DNA of 64,000 nucleotides from Bacillota bacterium (GTDB lineage: Bacteria > Bacillota > Desulfotomaculia > Desulfotomaculales > Nap2-2B). The position numbers and the translations under genes are program-made. Each line of letters starts with the position of its first letter. Position 1 is the stretch's first letter. Below the pieces are notes generated by a model, which was not told the DNA's origin, did no database searches, and saw nothing but the letters and a program-made list of their open reading frames with translations. The stretch covers positions 353 to 64,352 of the forward strand of contig JBFMBG010000004.1 of the NCBI GenBank assembly GCA_040755215.1, read 5' to 3'. Shown here piece by piece: positions 45,773 to 55,905 of this stretch.

Positions 45773-47149
45773 ATGATGCGCTCTCTACCGCGCCTGGTGA
45801 TCGGAGCGCCCCACGGGCGATCGGGCAAAACAACAGTTACCATCGGGCTTTTGGCTTCCCTGGCCGGCGAAAAGGGGCTGGCCGTGCAGCCCTTTAAAAA
45901 GGGCCCCGATTTTATCGATCCCGGCTGGCTTTCCCGGGTGGCGGGCAGGGAATGCCGGAACCTGGACAGCTTTTTAATGGGCGCAAAAAAAATTTTGGCC
46001 TCTTTTCTCACTTATACCACCGGGGCCGACGTAGGCGTTGTGGAAGGGGCCATGGGCCTGTACGACGGGGTGGATCTCCAGGGCAGCGGGAGCACGGCGG
46101 AGATCGCGAAAATTTTAAAAGCCCCGGTGATTTTGGTGGTTGACTGCACGCGCCTGACCAGGAGCGTGGCGGCCGTGGTGATGGGCTTTTTGCATTTTGA
46201 TCCGGGCGTAAACATTGCCGGGGTGATTTTAAATAAAGTGGCCCGCCCCCGCCACGAGGAAATGCTGCGGGCCGCCCTGAAGACGTACTGCGGCGTGCCG
46301 GTCCTGGGGGTTATTCCCAAAGGGGAGAAACTCAGCATTCCAGACCGCCACCTGGGCCTGGTGCCGGTGGCCGAGAATGACGAACTGGCTCAAAAAATCC
46401 GGGAAATCGGGCAGACCGCCAGCAAATATCTCGATCTCGACGCACTTTTGAAAACGGCCGGGGAAGCGCCGGCGCTGGCGGGAGAAGGGTTGCCTTTTCA
46501 AAATTGCGCTCCGGTCGCCAAGGCCGCCATCGGCATTTTTAAAGACCGGGCGTTTACCTTTTATTACCCGGAAAATCTGGAGGCATTAAAAGCATGCGGG
46601 GCGGAAATAGCGGTGATCGATTCCCTTCGCGACTCTTTTTTGCCGGCGGTGGATGCCCTTTACCTGGGCGGCGGATTTCCCGAGATTTTTGCCGCGGAAC
46701 TGGAGGCCAATGCAGGCTTGCGGAACGCTGTCCGCGAGGCGGTGGAAGCCGGGCTGCCGGTTTACGCCGAGTGCGGCGGGCTGATGTACCTGGCCCGGAA
46801 ACTGCACTGGCAGGGGAAAAGCTACCGGATGTCGGGCGCCCTGCCCTTCGATGTTCTGCTCACCGACCGGCCCCAGGGGCACGGCTACGAGATTATCGAA
46901 ACGGTGGGCGAAAACCCCTTTGTTCCGGTGGGCGTGACGATTAAGGCGCACGAGTTTCACCATTCCCGGGTGGTCAACCTCGACTGCTCCCGGGTGCGTT
47001 TCGCTTTCCGGGTGCGGCGGGGCTGGGGGATCGACGGCCAAAACGACGGCTTGGTGTACAAAAATGTGCTGGCCGCCTACGCCCACGTTCACGCCCTGGC
47101 GGCACCCGACTGGGCCCGCTGGCTGGTGGAAAAGGCCGCCAAACCATAA
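45773..47149 (+). CDS. dsrN: Cobyrinate a,c-diamide synthase family; probable siroheme amidase DsrN
   Basis: GRSGKTT, FKKGPDFID, EGAMGLYDG, AECGGLMYL, HEFH; located in the dsr cluster. Confidence 0.8.
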   Translation: MMRSLPRLVIGAPHGRSGKTTVTIGLLASLAGEKGLAVQPFKKGPDFIDPGWLSRVAGRECRNLDSFLMGAKKILASFLTYTTGADVGVVEGAMGLYDGVDLQGSGSTAEIAKILKAPVILVVDCTRLTRSVAAVVMGFLHFDPGVNIAGVILNKVARPRHEEMLRAALKTYCGVPVLGVIPKGEKLSIPDRHLGLVPVAENDELAQKIREIGQTASKYLDLDALLKTAGEAPALAGEGLPFQNCAPVAKAAIGIFKDRAFTFYYPENLEALKACGAEIAVIDSLRDSFLPAVDALYLGGGFPEIFAAELEANAGLRNAVREAVEAGLPVYAECGGLMYLARKLHWQGKSYRMSGALPFDVLLTDRPQGHGYEIIETVGENPFVPVGVTIKAHEFHHSRVVNLDCSRVRFAFRVRRGWGIDGQNDGLVYKNVLAAYAHVHALAAPDWARWLVEKAAKP

Positions 47150-47243
47150 ACTCATGACGAGTTCCGCTGTAAGGTCCGCGGAACCCCAGCCGGCGAAGAC
47201 GGCCGATAAATTCCCGGCGTTTACAGGGAGCCCACCGACTCAT
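47142..47243 (-). pseudogene. hicA: Truncated HicA-family toxin
   Basis: MSRWAPCKRREFIGRLRRLGFRGPYSGTRHEFMV, then the frame runs into the antisense of dsrN. Confidence 0.7.
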
Positions 47244-47490
47244 AACGAGGTTCCTGGTTGAGGTTGATTTCGTTAATTACCGGAAGGGGGTGTTTAAGCT
47301 TTAATCCCAGCAGGATCCAATCCTCAAGGGTGGAACGAAGTTCGGTTTCACATTCCCGCAATGTCCGTCCGAAAGCTACAACGCCTGTACATGCAGGAAT
47401 GCGCCCGGCAAAAGTGCCATCCTCAAGTCTATCGTAGATGGCTTGAGCCATGCATTGATTGATATAATCCGTAAGAATAAAAAATGCCAC
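47221..47490 (-). CDS. hicB: HicB-family antitoxin
   Basis: EDGTFAGRIPACTGVVAFGRTLRECETELRSTLEDWI; AT-rich. Confidence 0.82.
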   Translation of the reverse strand: MAFFILTDYINQCMAQAIYDRLEDGTFAGRIPACTGVVAFGRTLRECETELRSTLEDWILLGLKLKHPLPVINEINLNQEPRYESVGSL

Positions 47491-47623
47491 GAGCAAAAAC
47501 CTCCATATAAAAAAACCAGGATTGGTTATAGATTACCTTAAAAAAAACTATTTTCAAGGGTTATTTGTGTATTTATCAGGTACATTCTTATTTAAAGCTA
47601 CCGCCTCAAAGTGTTTATCCGGA

Positions 47624-48994
47624 TTAAAGCGTCAGGATCCCCTCCGGGTTCCGCACCAGCCTTAAAACCTGTTCCTCCTTGCCGTCCAGGGCGTTGATGT
47701 ACACCAGGAAGGTGTCGTTGTCCAGCTGGCCCCGGAACTCGTAAACCAGCTTTTCCTGATCTGCACCGATGGGGATTATGGCCAGGTGGCCGCCGGTAAT
47801 ATTTTTCAGGTGCGGGCTTAATTTTGCCCGGGCCTGGGCGGCGGTCAGGCGCGGCCGGGGAATTTCCCGCCGGTGGTGGTTCATCAGGTAGCCGGCTGCC
47901 TCCATACCCAAAACCTGGCCATTGTCTAAAGCCACGGTTACCTTGATCTGGTCCGGGTAGAGGATTATCCCGTTTTGGGTGGCGGCAAAGTTGAAAATGG
48001 CCACCCCGCCGCCGTGTTCGTAGTAAGTGGGAAGCATGTCCCGGTAGCCCCGCCGGATTAAAAATTCTTTGGCCTTTTCCCGGGCCTGTTCCAGACTGAG
48101 GGACTGCTTGCCCACATTGCGGGCATTGGTGTACCACAGGACGTGGCCTCCCGTTTCGCTTAGAGCCACGACAGCCTTTTCTTGAAAACTAAGCAGGCGG
48201 GAGGCGATATCCACATTGTAGGCCCTGATTTTCCCCTTGTTTATGCTCACCCTTTCGACCACGTAGTTTTCCGGCGGATAGCGGCGGTCGATAAACTCCA
48301 GGGCCTTTTTTCCAGCCTGGTCGGTGGTAATCTTCCCGCCCGTCAGTTCCTTGGGTCCCCTTTTTTCCAGGTGGTCGGAAAACGGACCGTCGTAAATCAG
48401 GGTGGGCGTGCCCTTCATATGTTCCTCCACCGTTTGAAAGTTCCGGCTGGCCAGCTTCGGCTCCTGGCGCTGAAAAACCCGGCCCGTACGCCGGGAAAGT
48501 TCGCTTAAGTAAAGCTTCCCGGCGGCGATTTGCCGCTCGATGTCCTGGAGATCGGTATTCAACGTGGCCGCCTGTTTATAAAGCCGTTGGATGGTTTCCC
48601 GTTCCCGGGCGGTTTTTTCTTCTCCGGAAGAGACCTTTCGCGCCAGGGAGTAGGCGTAATCGCCAACCTGGGTAAGAAACTTGGCCGTGCGCCCGATGGA
48701 GATGTCGGGCAGAGGCAGCTGGTTTAAATTGGTTTGCGCGGCGTTGGCCCGCTGCCAGATTTCCATCAGGATCCGGCTGTCTACTTCCGGAGCCTGGGCG
48801 ATCAGAAGTTTGGAAAGGAGTACTTCCACGTTCTGGATATTGTTTAAGGTATCGTAAAAAGAGCGGTAATATTTGTTGGTCAGGGCGATTTCCAGTTGCT
48901 TTTTGACGGTGTACTGGGTATACCCCCAGTAACCCAGACTGCCCAGCAAAATTATCCCGATTGCTAACAGGATAAGCCGGCGCCGGCGATTCAT
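47624..48994 (-). CDS. ypeB: Germination protein YpeB
   Basis: YYRSFY, FLTQVGDY, PTLIYDGPFSDH, YPDQIKVTVALDNG, VYINALDGKEE; downstream of sleB. Confidence 0.93.
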   Translation of the reverse strand: MNRRRRLILLAIGIILLGSLGYWGYTQYTVKKQLEIALTNKYYRSFYDTLNNIQNVEVLLSKLLIAQAPEVDSRILMEIWQRANAAQTNLNQLPLPDISIGRTAKFLTQVGDYAYSLARKVSSGEEKTARERETIQRLYKQAATLNTDLQDIERQIAAGKLYLSELSRRTGRVFQRQEPKLASRNFQTVEEHMKGTPTLIYDGPFSDHLEKRGPKELTGGKITTDQAGKKALEFIDRRYPPENYVVERVSINKGKIRAYNVDIASRLLSFQEKAVVALSETGGHVLWYTNARNVGKQSLSLEQAREKAKEFLIRRGYRDMLPTYYEHGGGVAIFNFAATQNGIILYPDQIKVTVALDNGQVLGMEAAGYLMNHHRREIPRPRLTAAQARAKLSPHLKNITGGHLAIIPIGADQEKLVYEFRGQLDNDTFLVYINALDGKEEQVLRLVRNPEGILTL

Positions 48995-49104
48995 GATCGC
49001 AGACCTCCTCCCCTGAAAATAGCTTCCGCCATCATTTCCCATCGGGCTGGAATTGTCCGGCTCGCTTAAGGTTTTTCAAGCCTTTTTCCCACAAGTTTTG
49101 TGCG

Positions 49105-49815
49105 TCAGCGGGCAAAGATGTGCCGGCCTATTTGCGTAATGATGTTGCGCGTCCAGATCCAGGGGCTGACCAGCTTGGCCGGGTTCCAGAAATACAGGGC
49201 GCCGCCGGTGGGGTCCCACCCGCTCATGGCCAGCATTGCCGCCCTTAATGATTCTTCCGTGACCGGCCGGTTGTATTGCCCGTTGCTTACCGATTCAAAA
49301 GCGTGCGGCTGATAAATTACGCCCGCTAAGGAATGGGGAAAGGCGGCGCTGCGCAGACGGTTTAAGATTACCGCGCCCACCGCCACTTTGCCGGTGAAAG
49401 GTTCGTCGGCAGCTTCCCCCTCGATCACCCGGGCCAGCAGGTAAACGTCCCCCCGGTTGCTGACGCCGCGGGAAACGCCCGCCGGTTCCGGCGGCGCGTA
49501 ATCGTAGGTGGGGGAAAAACCCAGCGCGGCCCAGGTAGCGGGGCCGACTATACCGTCGGGAACCAGGCCGTTGTACTGCTGAAAGAGGATCACCGCCTGC
49601 TGGGTTCCACTGCCGTAATAGCCGTCGAGGGGACCGGTGTAGTAGCCCCAGGCGCTGAGCTGGCTCTGCAGGCGGTAAACGTCGTCGCCGGAGAGCCCCC
49701 AGTAAAGGGAGCGGTCCTGGGCGTGGGCCGGGCGCTGGCCGACAGTTCCCAGGAACGCCCCGGTAAAAACAAACATTGCTAAGAGCAAAAGGGCGGCACA
49801 TTTTTGCTTCCGCAA
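49105..49815 (-). CDS. sleB: Spore cortex-lytic enzyme SleB
   Basis: Signal peptide, PG-binding domain (DGIVGPAT), LLARVIEGEA, GWDPTGGALYFWNP. Confidence 0.92.
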   Translation of the reverse strand: MRKQKCAALLLLAMFVFTGAFLGTVGQRPAHAQDRSLYWGLSGDDVYRLQSQLSAWGYYTGPLDGYYGSGTQQAVILFQQYNGLVPDGIVGPATWAALGFSPTYDYAPPEPAGVSRGVSNRGDVYLLARVIEGEAADEPFTGKVAVGAVILNRLRSAAFPHSLAGVIYQPHAFESVSNGQYNRPVTEESLRAAMLAMSGWDPTGGALYFWNPAKLVSPWIWTRNIITQIGRHIFAR

Positions 49816-50057
49816 AGAAATAACCTCCTTGATGCGGATCCTGGTTTGCAGAAGATCAAGCCGGCGAACTTGCCGTCCTTTAAACCTTCCTATAGTTTGC
49901 CTTAAGTTTCGCTTGAATATGTATTTGCCGCTTTTTTATTGCCGCTTTTTTATTGCCGACGCCAACCTCTTGTTTGCGCACGTCAAAGACGGTGCGCAAG
50001 GCCGCCCAAGAACGCCAACCGCTTCCGCCGCGACTACGCAAGGCTGAATATTTAAAT

Positions 50058-50876
50058 TTAAACTTTAACCGTAATGGGGTGTTGACCCAGAAAAGTCAGC
50101 ACCTCCTGATTGAATTCATCTGCTTTTTCGATAAAGAAGAGATGTCCCTGTCCAGGGAATTCCACCAGCCTGGACCCGGCAATCATTTGGGCGATTTTCC
50201 GGGAGTTTTCGGCCGGGACCACCCGATCGTTTGTCCCGGTCATAATTAAAGTAGGCGCGGTAATCTTTTTTGTGTCCTCTTCCAGATCGGCCCTGGCTAC
50301 GGCGTTCCATTGGTGCCGCCGGGCGTAAAGGGGCTGGGGGTTGGCAAGGCGCCAGCCGACTATCTTTTTAATTTCGCCGGGGTTTGCCTGAAAATACTCT
50401 TCCGTAAAGGCTGCCGACATTCCCCGGGTTAAAATCTCTTCCGGGGTGAGCCCGTTTATGTCCGTGAGGATCTGCATGGTTTCCGGGGGCATGGGAACGG
50501 CTTTCGGCCCCCCAAAGGACGTGCAGCATAAAATTAAAGAACGTACCAGCCAGGGGTAGCGGGAAGCCAGGGATTGAGCAATGTAACCCCCCATGGAAAC
50601 CCCCAGGACGTGCGCTTTCTTTATCCCCAGTGCTTTTAATAGACCGGCGGCGTCGTCGGCCATCATTTCGATGCTATAGGGTACGTCGGGTTTGTCGCTT
50701 TCTCCCACACCCCGGTTGTCAAAAACGATGAGCTGATAATGTTTGCTCAGTTCGGGCACCTGCCTGTACCACATCCAGGAGGAATACCCGAAGCCTTCAA
50801 TTAAAAGCAAGGGTTCTCCGCTGCCGTGGATCTCGCAGTAAAGATTGATGCCATTGACATTAATTTTCATCCGCAT
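50058..50876 (-). CDS. Alpha/beta-fold hydrolase (esterase-like)
   Basis: FDNRGVG, GVSMGG nucleophile motif, D(RVVP), GHLFF. Confidence 0.9.
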   Translation of the reverse strand: MRMKINVNGINLYCEIHGSGEPLLLIEGFGYSSWMWYRQVPELSKHYQLIVFDNRGVGESDKPDVPYSIEMMADDAAGLLKALGIKKAHVLGVSMGGYIAQSLASRYPWLVRSLILCCTSFGGPKAVPMPPETMQILTDINGLTPEEILTRGMSAAFTEEYFQANPGEIKKIVGWRLANPQPLYARRHQWNAVARADLEEDTKKITAPTLIMTGTNDRVVPAENSRKIAQMIAGSRLVEFPGQGHLFFIEKADEFNQEVLTFLGQHPITVKV

Positions 50877-50892
50877 CTCCTCCCCTCTTTTC

Positions 50893-50924
50893 ATTATACA
50901 CCGGCCGGGTTGCAGGATAGTTAC
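50893..50924 (-). promoter_or_regulatory. Direct-repeat operator/promoter, copy 1
   Basis: GTAACT-N5-GCAACC-N9-TATAAT. Confidence 0.7.
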
Positions 50925-51037
50925 CCCCTGCCGTTTTTCGCGGCACCGGCAGCGGATGAAAATTGGCGGTCCGCCGTTCGATTTGCCTGGAGCGTTGGCG
51001 CGACGGCAAACCGAACGGCGGGCAAATGAGCCGGCTG

Positions 51038-51069
51038 GCAACTGCAGTGTAACTGAGTAGTTTTAAAAT
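51038..51069 (+). promoter_or_regulatory. Direct-repeat operator/promoter, copy 2
   Basis: GCAACT-N5-GTAACT-N9-TAAAAT. Confidence 0.7.
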
Positions 51070-51164
51070 TAAAAAAATCAGGTAGCAGGGTCAGGAGGTG
51101 ACTGACTGGAGAGAATTTAATATTTTTGCAAGAAGATTATGAATACCGGAAAGGAGGAAAACAA

Positions 51165-52391
51165 TTGGGAAAAAAGTGGGTTTCAGGTTTTGTTGCGGCG
51201 GCGCTGGCGTTTCTTTTGGCGGCCTGCGGCGGCGGGGGAGAAAAAGCGAAAGAGAAAGCGACGGAAGCAAAAAAACCGATTAAGATCGGGATTGCGACCA
51301 GCCTGACCGGGGCTTTGGAAAGTTACGGCAAACAGACGATCAATGGTTTTGAACTGGGATTGGATTACGCCACGCAGGGCAAAAAAGAAGTTGCCGGGCG
51401 GCCCCTGCAGGTGGTGATCGAAGATACCACCACCAAGCCCGACGTGGCCAAACAAAAGGCTTTAAAACTATTGGAAGAGGATAAGGTCGACATTCTGGTA
51501 GGGAGCGCCAGTTCTGCCGACGCCCTGGCCATCCTGCCGCTGGCCCAGGAGTACAAGCGCGTGATGGTGGTGGAGCCGGCGGTGGCGGACAGCATCACCG
51601 GCGCCCAGTGGAACAAGTACATTTTCCGCACCGGCAGAAACTCCTCCCAGGATGCCCTGGCCGTGGCGGCGGCCATTGCGGCCAGCAAGGCGGGCGCCAC
51701 CGTGGCCGTGCTGGCCCAGGACTACGCCTTCGGCCGGGACGGGGCGGCGGCCTTCGTTAAGGCCGGGGAGCAGAAGGGGCTAAAGACGGTACTCCAGGAG
51801 TTTGCCCCCATGAACGCCACCGATTTTACGGCCCACATCCAGCGCATCATCAACGCCAAGCCGGATTATCTGTACGTCATCTGGGCCGGCAGCGCCAATA
51901 CCCCCTGGAAGCAGATGATGGACATGAAGCTCCCCGCCAGGGGAATCAAGATCATGACCGGAGCGCCGGACCTGGCCGCCTTGAAGGCGATGTGGGGAAT
52001 GGAAGGCCAGGAGGGCTACTGTGTGTACTATTACGGCCTGCCGAAAAATAAGGTTAACGACTGGCTGGTGGAAGAACACAAGAAACGCTTTAACGGCCAG
52101 CCTCCGGACCTCTTCACCCCGGGCGGTTTCGCCGCCGCGGCGGCCATCGTCCAGGCCTTGACGAAAACCGGCGGCGACCCGAATGCGGATAAGCTTATCG
52201 AAGCAATGGAGGGAATGAGCTTTGAGACGCCGAAAGGAACCATGACCTTCCGCAAAGAGGATCACCAGGCCCTCCAGACCCTGTACCATATCAAATTCGA
52301 AAAGAAGGATGGCTTCGATTATCCGGTGCCCACCCTGATCCGGGAGATCAAGCCCGAAGAAACCGTTCCTCCCGTCATGAACAAGCGCTAG
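51165..52391 (+). CDS. HAAT/Liv-type ABC substrate-binding lipoprotein
   Basis: Lipobox LAAC; IKIG...SLTGAL..YG, YIFRTGRNSSQDA, TPKG.MTFR.EDHQA. Confidence 0.9.
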   Translation: MGKKWVSGFVAAALAFLLAACGGGGEKAKEKATEAKKPIKIGIATSLTGALESYGKQTINGFELGLDYATQGKKEVAGRPLQVVIEDTTTKPDVAKQKALKLLEEDKVDILVGSASSADALAILPLAQEYKRVMVVEPAVADSITGAQWNKYIFRTGRNSSQDALAVAAAIAASKAGATVAVLAQDYAFGRDGAAAFVKAGEQKGLKTVLQEFAPMNATDFTAHIQRIINAKPDYLYVIWAGSANTPWKQMMDMKLPARGIKIMTGAPDLAALKAMWGMEGQEGYCVYYYGLPKNKVNDWLVEEHKKRFNGQPPDLFTPGGFAAAAAIVQALTKTGGDPNADKLIEAMEGMSFETPKGTMTFRKEDHQALQTLYHIKFEKKDGFDYPVPTLIREIKPEETVPPVMNKR

Positions 52392-52404
52392 CTGCGCTTG
52401 GGGC

Positions 52405-52457
52405 AGGAAACCTGCCGCTTAAAACGTCCGCGGCAGGTTTCCTCCTTCCGTTTTTTC
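52405..52457 (+). terminator. Terminator after the substrate-binding protein gene
   Basis: AGGAAACCTGCCGC...GCGGCAGGTTTCCT followed by a T-run. Confidence 0.7.
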
Positions 52458-52650
52458 TTTGCAGGAGATAAGGTAACGCCGCAGAGAAATACTGCGGCGC
52501 TAATTATAAATTGCTTCTTAAAAGATTAATTAGGACTAATTAAACCGAGAGGTTTAAGAATTTTCTTGGCGAAGTAAATATCGTAGCAATTTAACTTTTA
52601 CGCGATGTTCCCTGTACCTTCTATGGCCAAATGATCAAGGCTGGGAGGCG

Positions 52651-55600
52651 GTGAACGGCATGCGGCCGGTTAACGTGTTGCGCAGTAAACTGACGGTTCC
52701 CAGGCTGGATGCGGATCTCTGGAGCAGGCCGGAATTGAACGGGAAACTGGCCAGGATAGCGGCCTACCCCGTTACCGTTGTCCAGGCCGGCGCCGGCTAC
52801 GGAAAAACGACGGCCGTTGCGCAGGGCCTGGCCTCTTTGCGCGTACCCTGCTGCTGGTACAGCCCCGGCCCGGAAGACGCCGGCTCTTTTGTTTTTTCCT
52901 GTTATCTGGCCGCGGCCTTGGATGGTCTCCTGCCGGGGTTGAAAGAGCAGTTTACCGAAGCTTTGCGCGACCAGGAAGTGTCCGACTGGGAAAAAATCCT
53001 CGGCGTCTTGCTCTTTTGCCTGGAAGGGAAGGAAAGGGAAACGGGCGTTCTGGTGGTGGACGACTGGCATTTCATGAGCAAGGAGCAGGAGGTTTGTTCC
53101 TTTTTCGATCGTTTTTTGGCCGGCAAGCCCGGCTGGCTGCGGGTGGTCATCCTTTCCCGGGAAAAGGTAACTCTTCCGGAGGTTTGCCGTTTGGCGCCCA
53201 GGGGGGAAAGGCTGCTTATCGAAGAAAAAGACCTGGCCTTTTCCGCCCAGGAAGTATACGACTACCTGGCGCAGACGGGCAACCGGCGTTTAACCAGGGA
53301 TGACGCCCTGCGCATTTACCAGTCCAGCGAAGGCTGGGTGATGGCCTTAAAGTTGATCGGAAAAGGGATGCAAGAGGGCACCCATTTTTCCCTGGAGGCC
53401 GTGGAAAGCAGCAATTTAAGCGCCTTGTTTGATTTTCTGGCGCTGGAAGTCCTGGAGCGGCAGGAAGCCGACCTGCAGTCTTTTTTGCTGAAGTCCTCGG
53501 TTTTGGAATACGTCAGCGCCCCCGCCTGCGCTGCGGTAATCGGGGCGGAATTCGCCCCCCGGCTGATCCAGCGGGCGGTCGAGAAAGGTCTTTTTTTGAC
53601 CGAGTGCGACGAAGGTCTTTACCGGTATCACAATCTTTTCCGGAATTTCCTGCGCCGGGAAGCCCGGAAAAGGCTGCCCGACTGGGAAATCCTCCACTGC
53701 CGGGCGGGATACTTTTACCTGCAGGAGGGCCGGGAAGAGGAAGCCCTTCATCACCTCCTCCTGGGCCGGCAGTGGGCCGATGCAGCCCGCCTCCTCTCCC
53801 GCCTGGGCACGGCTCTGGTGCACAGCGGACGGATCCAGCTTTTGCGCTCCTGCTTAGAGAAACTGCCTGCGGATCTGCAAAGGCGCCCGGAATTGCTCAT
53901 TGCTTTGGGGGAAGCAGAAAGGCTGGCCTCCAATTACCAGGCCGCCCTCGGATTTTACCGGGCGGCGGAGGAAAAATGCGCGGCCGCCGGCGACCGCCCC
54001 GGCCTGGCGAGGGCCCTGCGCGGGCTCGGGGAGGTTTACATCGATACCATCCAGCCCGAGCTGGCGGAAAAATTCTTGCGGCGCGCCTATAAAGTTTTGG
54101 ACGAAGAGCAGACGGAAGAAAAGGCCGAAATCTTAAATCTCCTGGCCGAAAACACCCTTAACCAGGGCAGGCCCCGGCAGGCAACGCGCTATCAGCGGCT
54201 GGCCGGGGAGATGCTCCACCTGGCCGGCCGGGGGAATTTGGAAGCCAGGCTGCTTTTGCGCACGGGCCGGCTGGAGGCCGCCATCAGGCTGCTGGAAAGC
54301 CGGCTGCCCGCGGAAAAGGAGGGTTATCACCCCCCCGTTTCCTTTCGGGAAACCCCGCTTTTGCTCTCCCTGTGCTACTCCTTCGTGGGCGAAGCCCAAA
54401 AAGCGGTGGTCGCCGCCGAAGAGGGGATCCGGCTGGGTCAAAAATTAAAGTCCCCTTTTGTGGAAGCCATTGGTTACGTGCGCCTGGGCCACGCCCTGCT
54501 GGTGCGCGACGGTCGCCCGACCCCTTCCTGCCGGGAAGCTTACCAGGCGGCGCTGGAATTAAACGACCGGCTGGGCGTCATCCGCGGCAGGACGGAAGTT
54601 TTGATGGGGCAGTGCCTGGTGCACGGCCTCCTCCAGGACTGGCTGGCGGCGAAGCGCTGCGGCTTAGAAGGGATTGCGGTAACTGAACAGGTCAAGGACC
54701 GGTGGTTTACCGCCGTTCTTCATCATTGCCTGGGAGCGGCCGCGGTAAACTGCCAGCTGTTCGCCGAGGCCGAGAGCTATCTGGCCAAAGCCGCGGAAAT
54801 GTTCTCCCGGTGCGGGGACAGCTTCGGCAAGGCGGTCGCCGCCTGGTGGTTGACGAACGTGGCGCTTAAAAACGGGCGGGAGGAGGAATTTTGCCGGGAA
54901 GCCGCCCGGCTGCTGGAGTTGTGCGAAGGGCGCGGGTACGATTTTTTGCTCCAGCGGGCAACCCTTTTGGGTGCTCAAGACGGGCGGGCTTCGATTCCCC
55001 TTTTACGCGAAGCAAAAAGGCGGGAGATCAGCCGCGCGTACGTCGACTGGCTGTTGCAAAAACTGGGGGTCAGTGAAAACCTCCCCTGCGTGGGCTACAC
55101 TTTGAAGGTGCAAACGCTGGGCAAGTTCCGGGCCTGGCGCGGCGAAGAAGAGATTGAATTTACGGAATGGCGGCGCGAAAGCGCCCGGCGCCTTTTTTTG
55201 CTTTTCCTGACCAGGCGGCGCCAGCTGCTGCACAAAGAGGAGATCATGGCTTACCTGTGGCCGGATGCGGAGCCGGAGGCCGCCCTGCGGGATTTCAAAG
55301 TGGCGTTGAATGCGTTGATGAATGTGCTCGAACCCGGCCGGCAGCCGCGCAGCCCTTCCTTTTTCATCCAGCGCGAGGGCGCGGCTTATTATTTCAATCT
55401 GGCCTCCGGTTTCTGGCTGGATGCGGAAGAGTTTGAAAACCTGGTGGCGCGCGCGCAAAAGGTGGCGACGGAGTGGCCGGAGCAGGCGGAAATCCAGTTG
55501 AAACGGGCCCTGGAGCTATATGAGGGGGATTACCTGCAGGGGGTGTTCCAGGACGAGTGGTGCCTGGAGGAGCGAGAGCGCCTGGCCGTGCTTTACTTGC

Positions 55601-55869
55601 GCGCGCTGGAGCTGCTGGCCAAACTGCTGGCCAGGCGGGGGGATTACGCCGGCTGCCTGAAAGTGGCGGAGAAGATTTTGGAAAAGGACAATTGCTGGGA
55701 AGAAGCCTACCGTTTGCAGATGCTTTGCTACGGTAAACTCAACAACGGGGCCATGGTTACCCGCGTCTACAAGAAATGCGCGGCTGTGTTGAAAGAAGAG
55801 CTGGGGGTAAACCCTTCGGGAAAAACGGCGGGGCTTTATAAGAAGCTGGCCCAAAAGCTTTTGACTTAA
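52651..55869 (+). CDS. Large MalT-like NTPase/TPR regulator with a C-terminal SARP-type wHTH-BTAD module
   Basis: SKLTVP, AGAGYGKTT, VVDDWH, SEGW, YRYHNLF; C-terminal LGKF, LYEGDYL, WEEAYRLQM, ELGVNPS. Confidence 0.88.
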   Translation: MNGMRPVNVLRSKLTVPRLDADLWSRPELNGKLARIAAYPVTVVQAGAGYGKTTAVAQGLASLRVPCCWYSPGPEDAGSFVFSCYLAAALDGLLPGLKEQFTEALRDQEVSDWEKILGVLLFCLEGKERETGVLVVDDWHFMSKEQEVCSFFDRFLAGKPGWLRVVILSREKVTLPEVCRLAPRGERLLIEEKDLAFSAQEVYDYLAQTGNRRLTRDDALRIYQSSEGWVMALKLIGKGMQEGTHFSLEAVESSNLSALFDFLALEVLERQEADLQSFLLKSSVLEYVSAPACAAVIGAEFAPRLIQRAVEKGLFLTECDEGLYRYHNLFRNFLRREARKRLPDWEILHCRAGYFYLQEGREEEALHHLLLGRQWADAARLLSRLGTALVHSGRIQLLRSCLEKLPADLQRRPELLIALGEAERLASNYQAALGFYRAAEEKCAAAGDRPGLARALRGLGEVYIDTIQPELAEKFLRRAYKVLDEEQTEEKAEILNLLAENTLNQGRPRQATRYQRLAGEMLHLAGRGNLEARLLLRTGRLEAAIRLLESRLPAEKEGYHPPVSFRETPLLLSLCYSFVGEAQKAVVAAEEGIRLGQKLKSPFVEAIGYVRLGHALLVRDGRPTPSCREAYQAALELNDRLGVIRGRTEVLMGQCLVHGLLQDWLAAKRCGLEGIAVTEQVKDRWFTAVLHHCLGAAAVNCQLFAEAESYLAKAAEMFSRCGDSFGKAVAAWWLTNVALKNGREEEFCREAARLLELCEGRGYDFLLQRATLLGAQDGRASIPLLREAKRREISRAYVDWLLQKLGVSENLPCVGYTLKVQTLGKFRAWRGEEEIEFTEWRRESARRLFLLFLTRRRQLLHKEEIMAYLWPDAEPEAALRDFKVALNALMNVLEPGRQPRSPSFFIQREGAAYYFNLASGFWLDAEEFENLVARAQKVATEWPEQAEIQLKRALELYEGDYLQGVFQDEWCLEERERLAVLYLRALELLAKLLARRGDYAGCLKVAEKILEKDNCWEEAYRLQMLCYGKLNNGAMVTRVYKKCAAVLKEELGVNPSGKTAGLYKKLAQKLLT

Positions 55870-55873
55870 TGGT

Positions 55874-55905
55874 GTAACTGGTGAGTAACTTATCTCTGCT
55901 ATCAT
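55874..55905 (+). promoter_or_regulatory. Direct-repeat operator/promoter, copy 3
   Basis: GTAACT-N5-GTAACT-N9-TATCAT. Confidence 0.7.
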
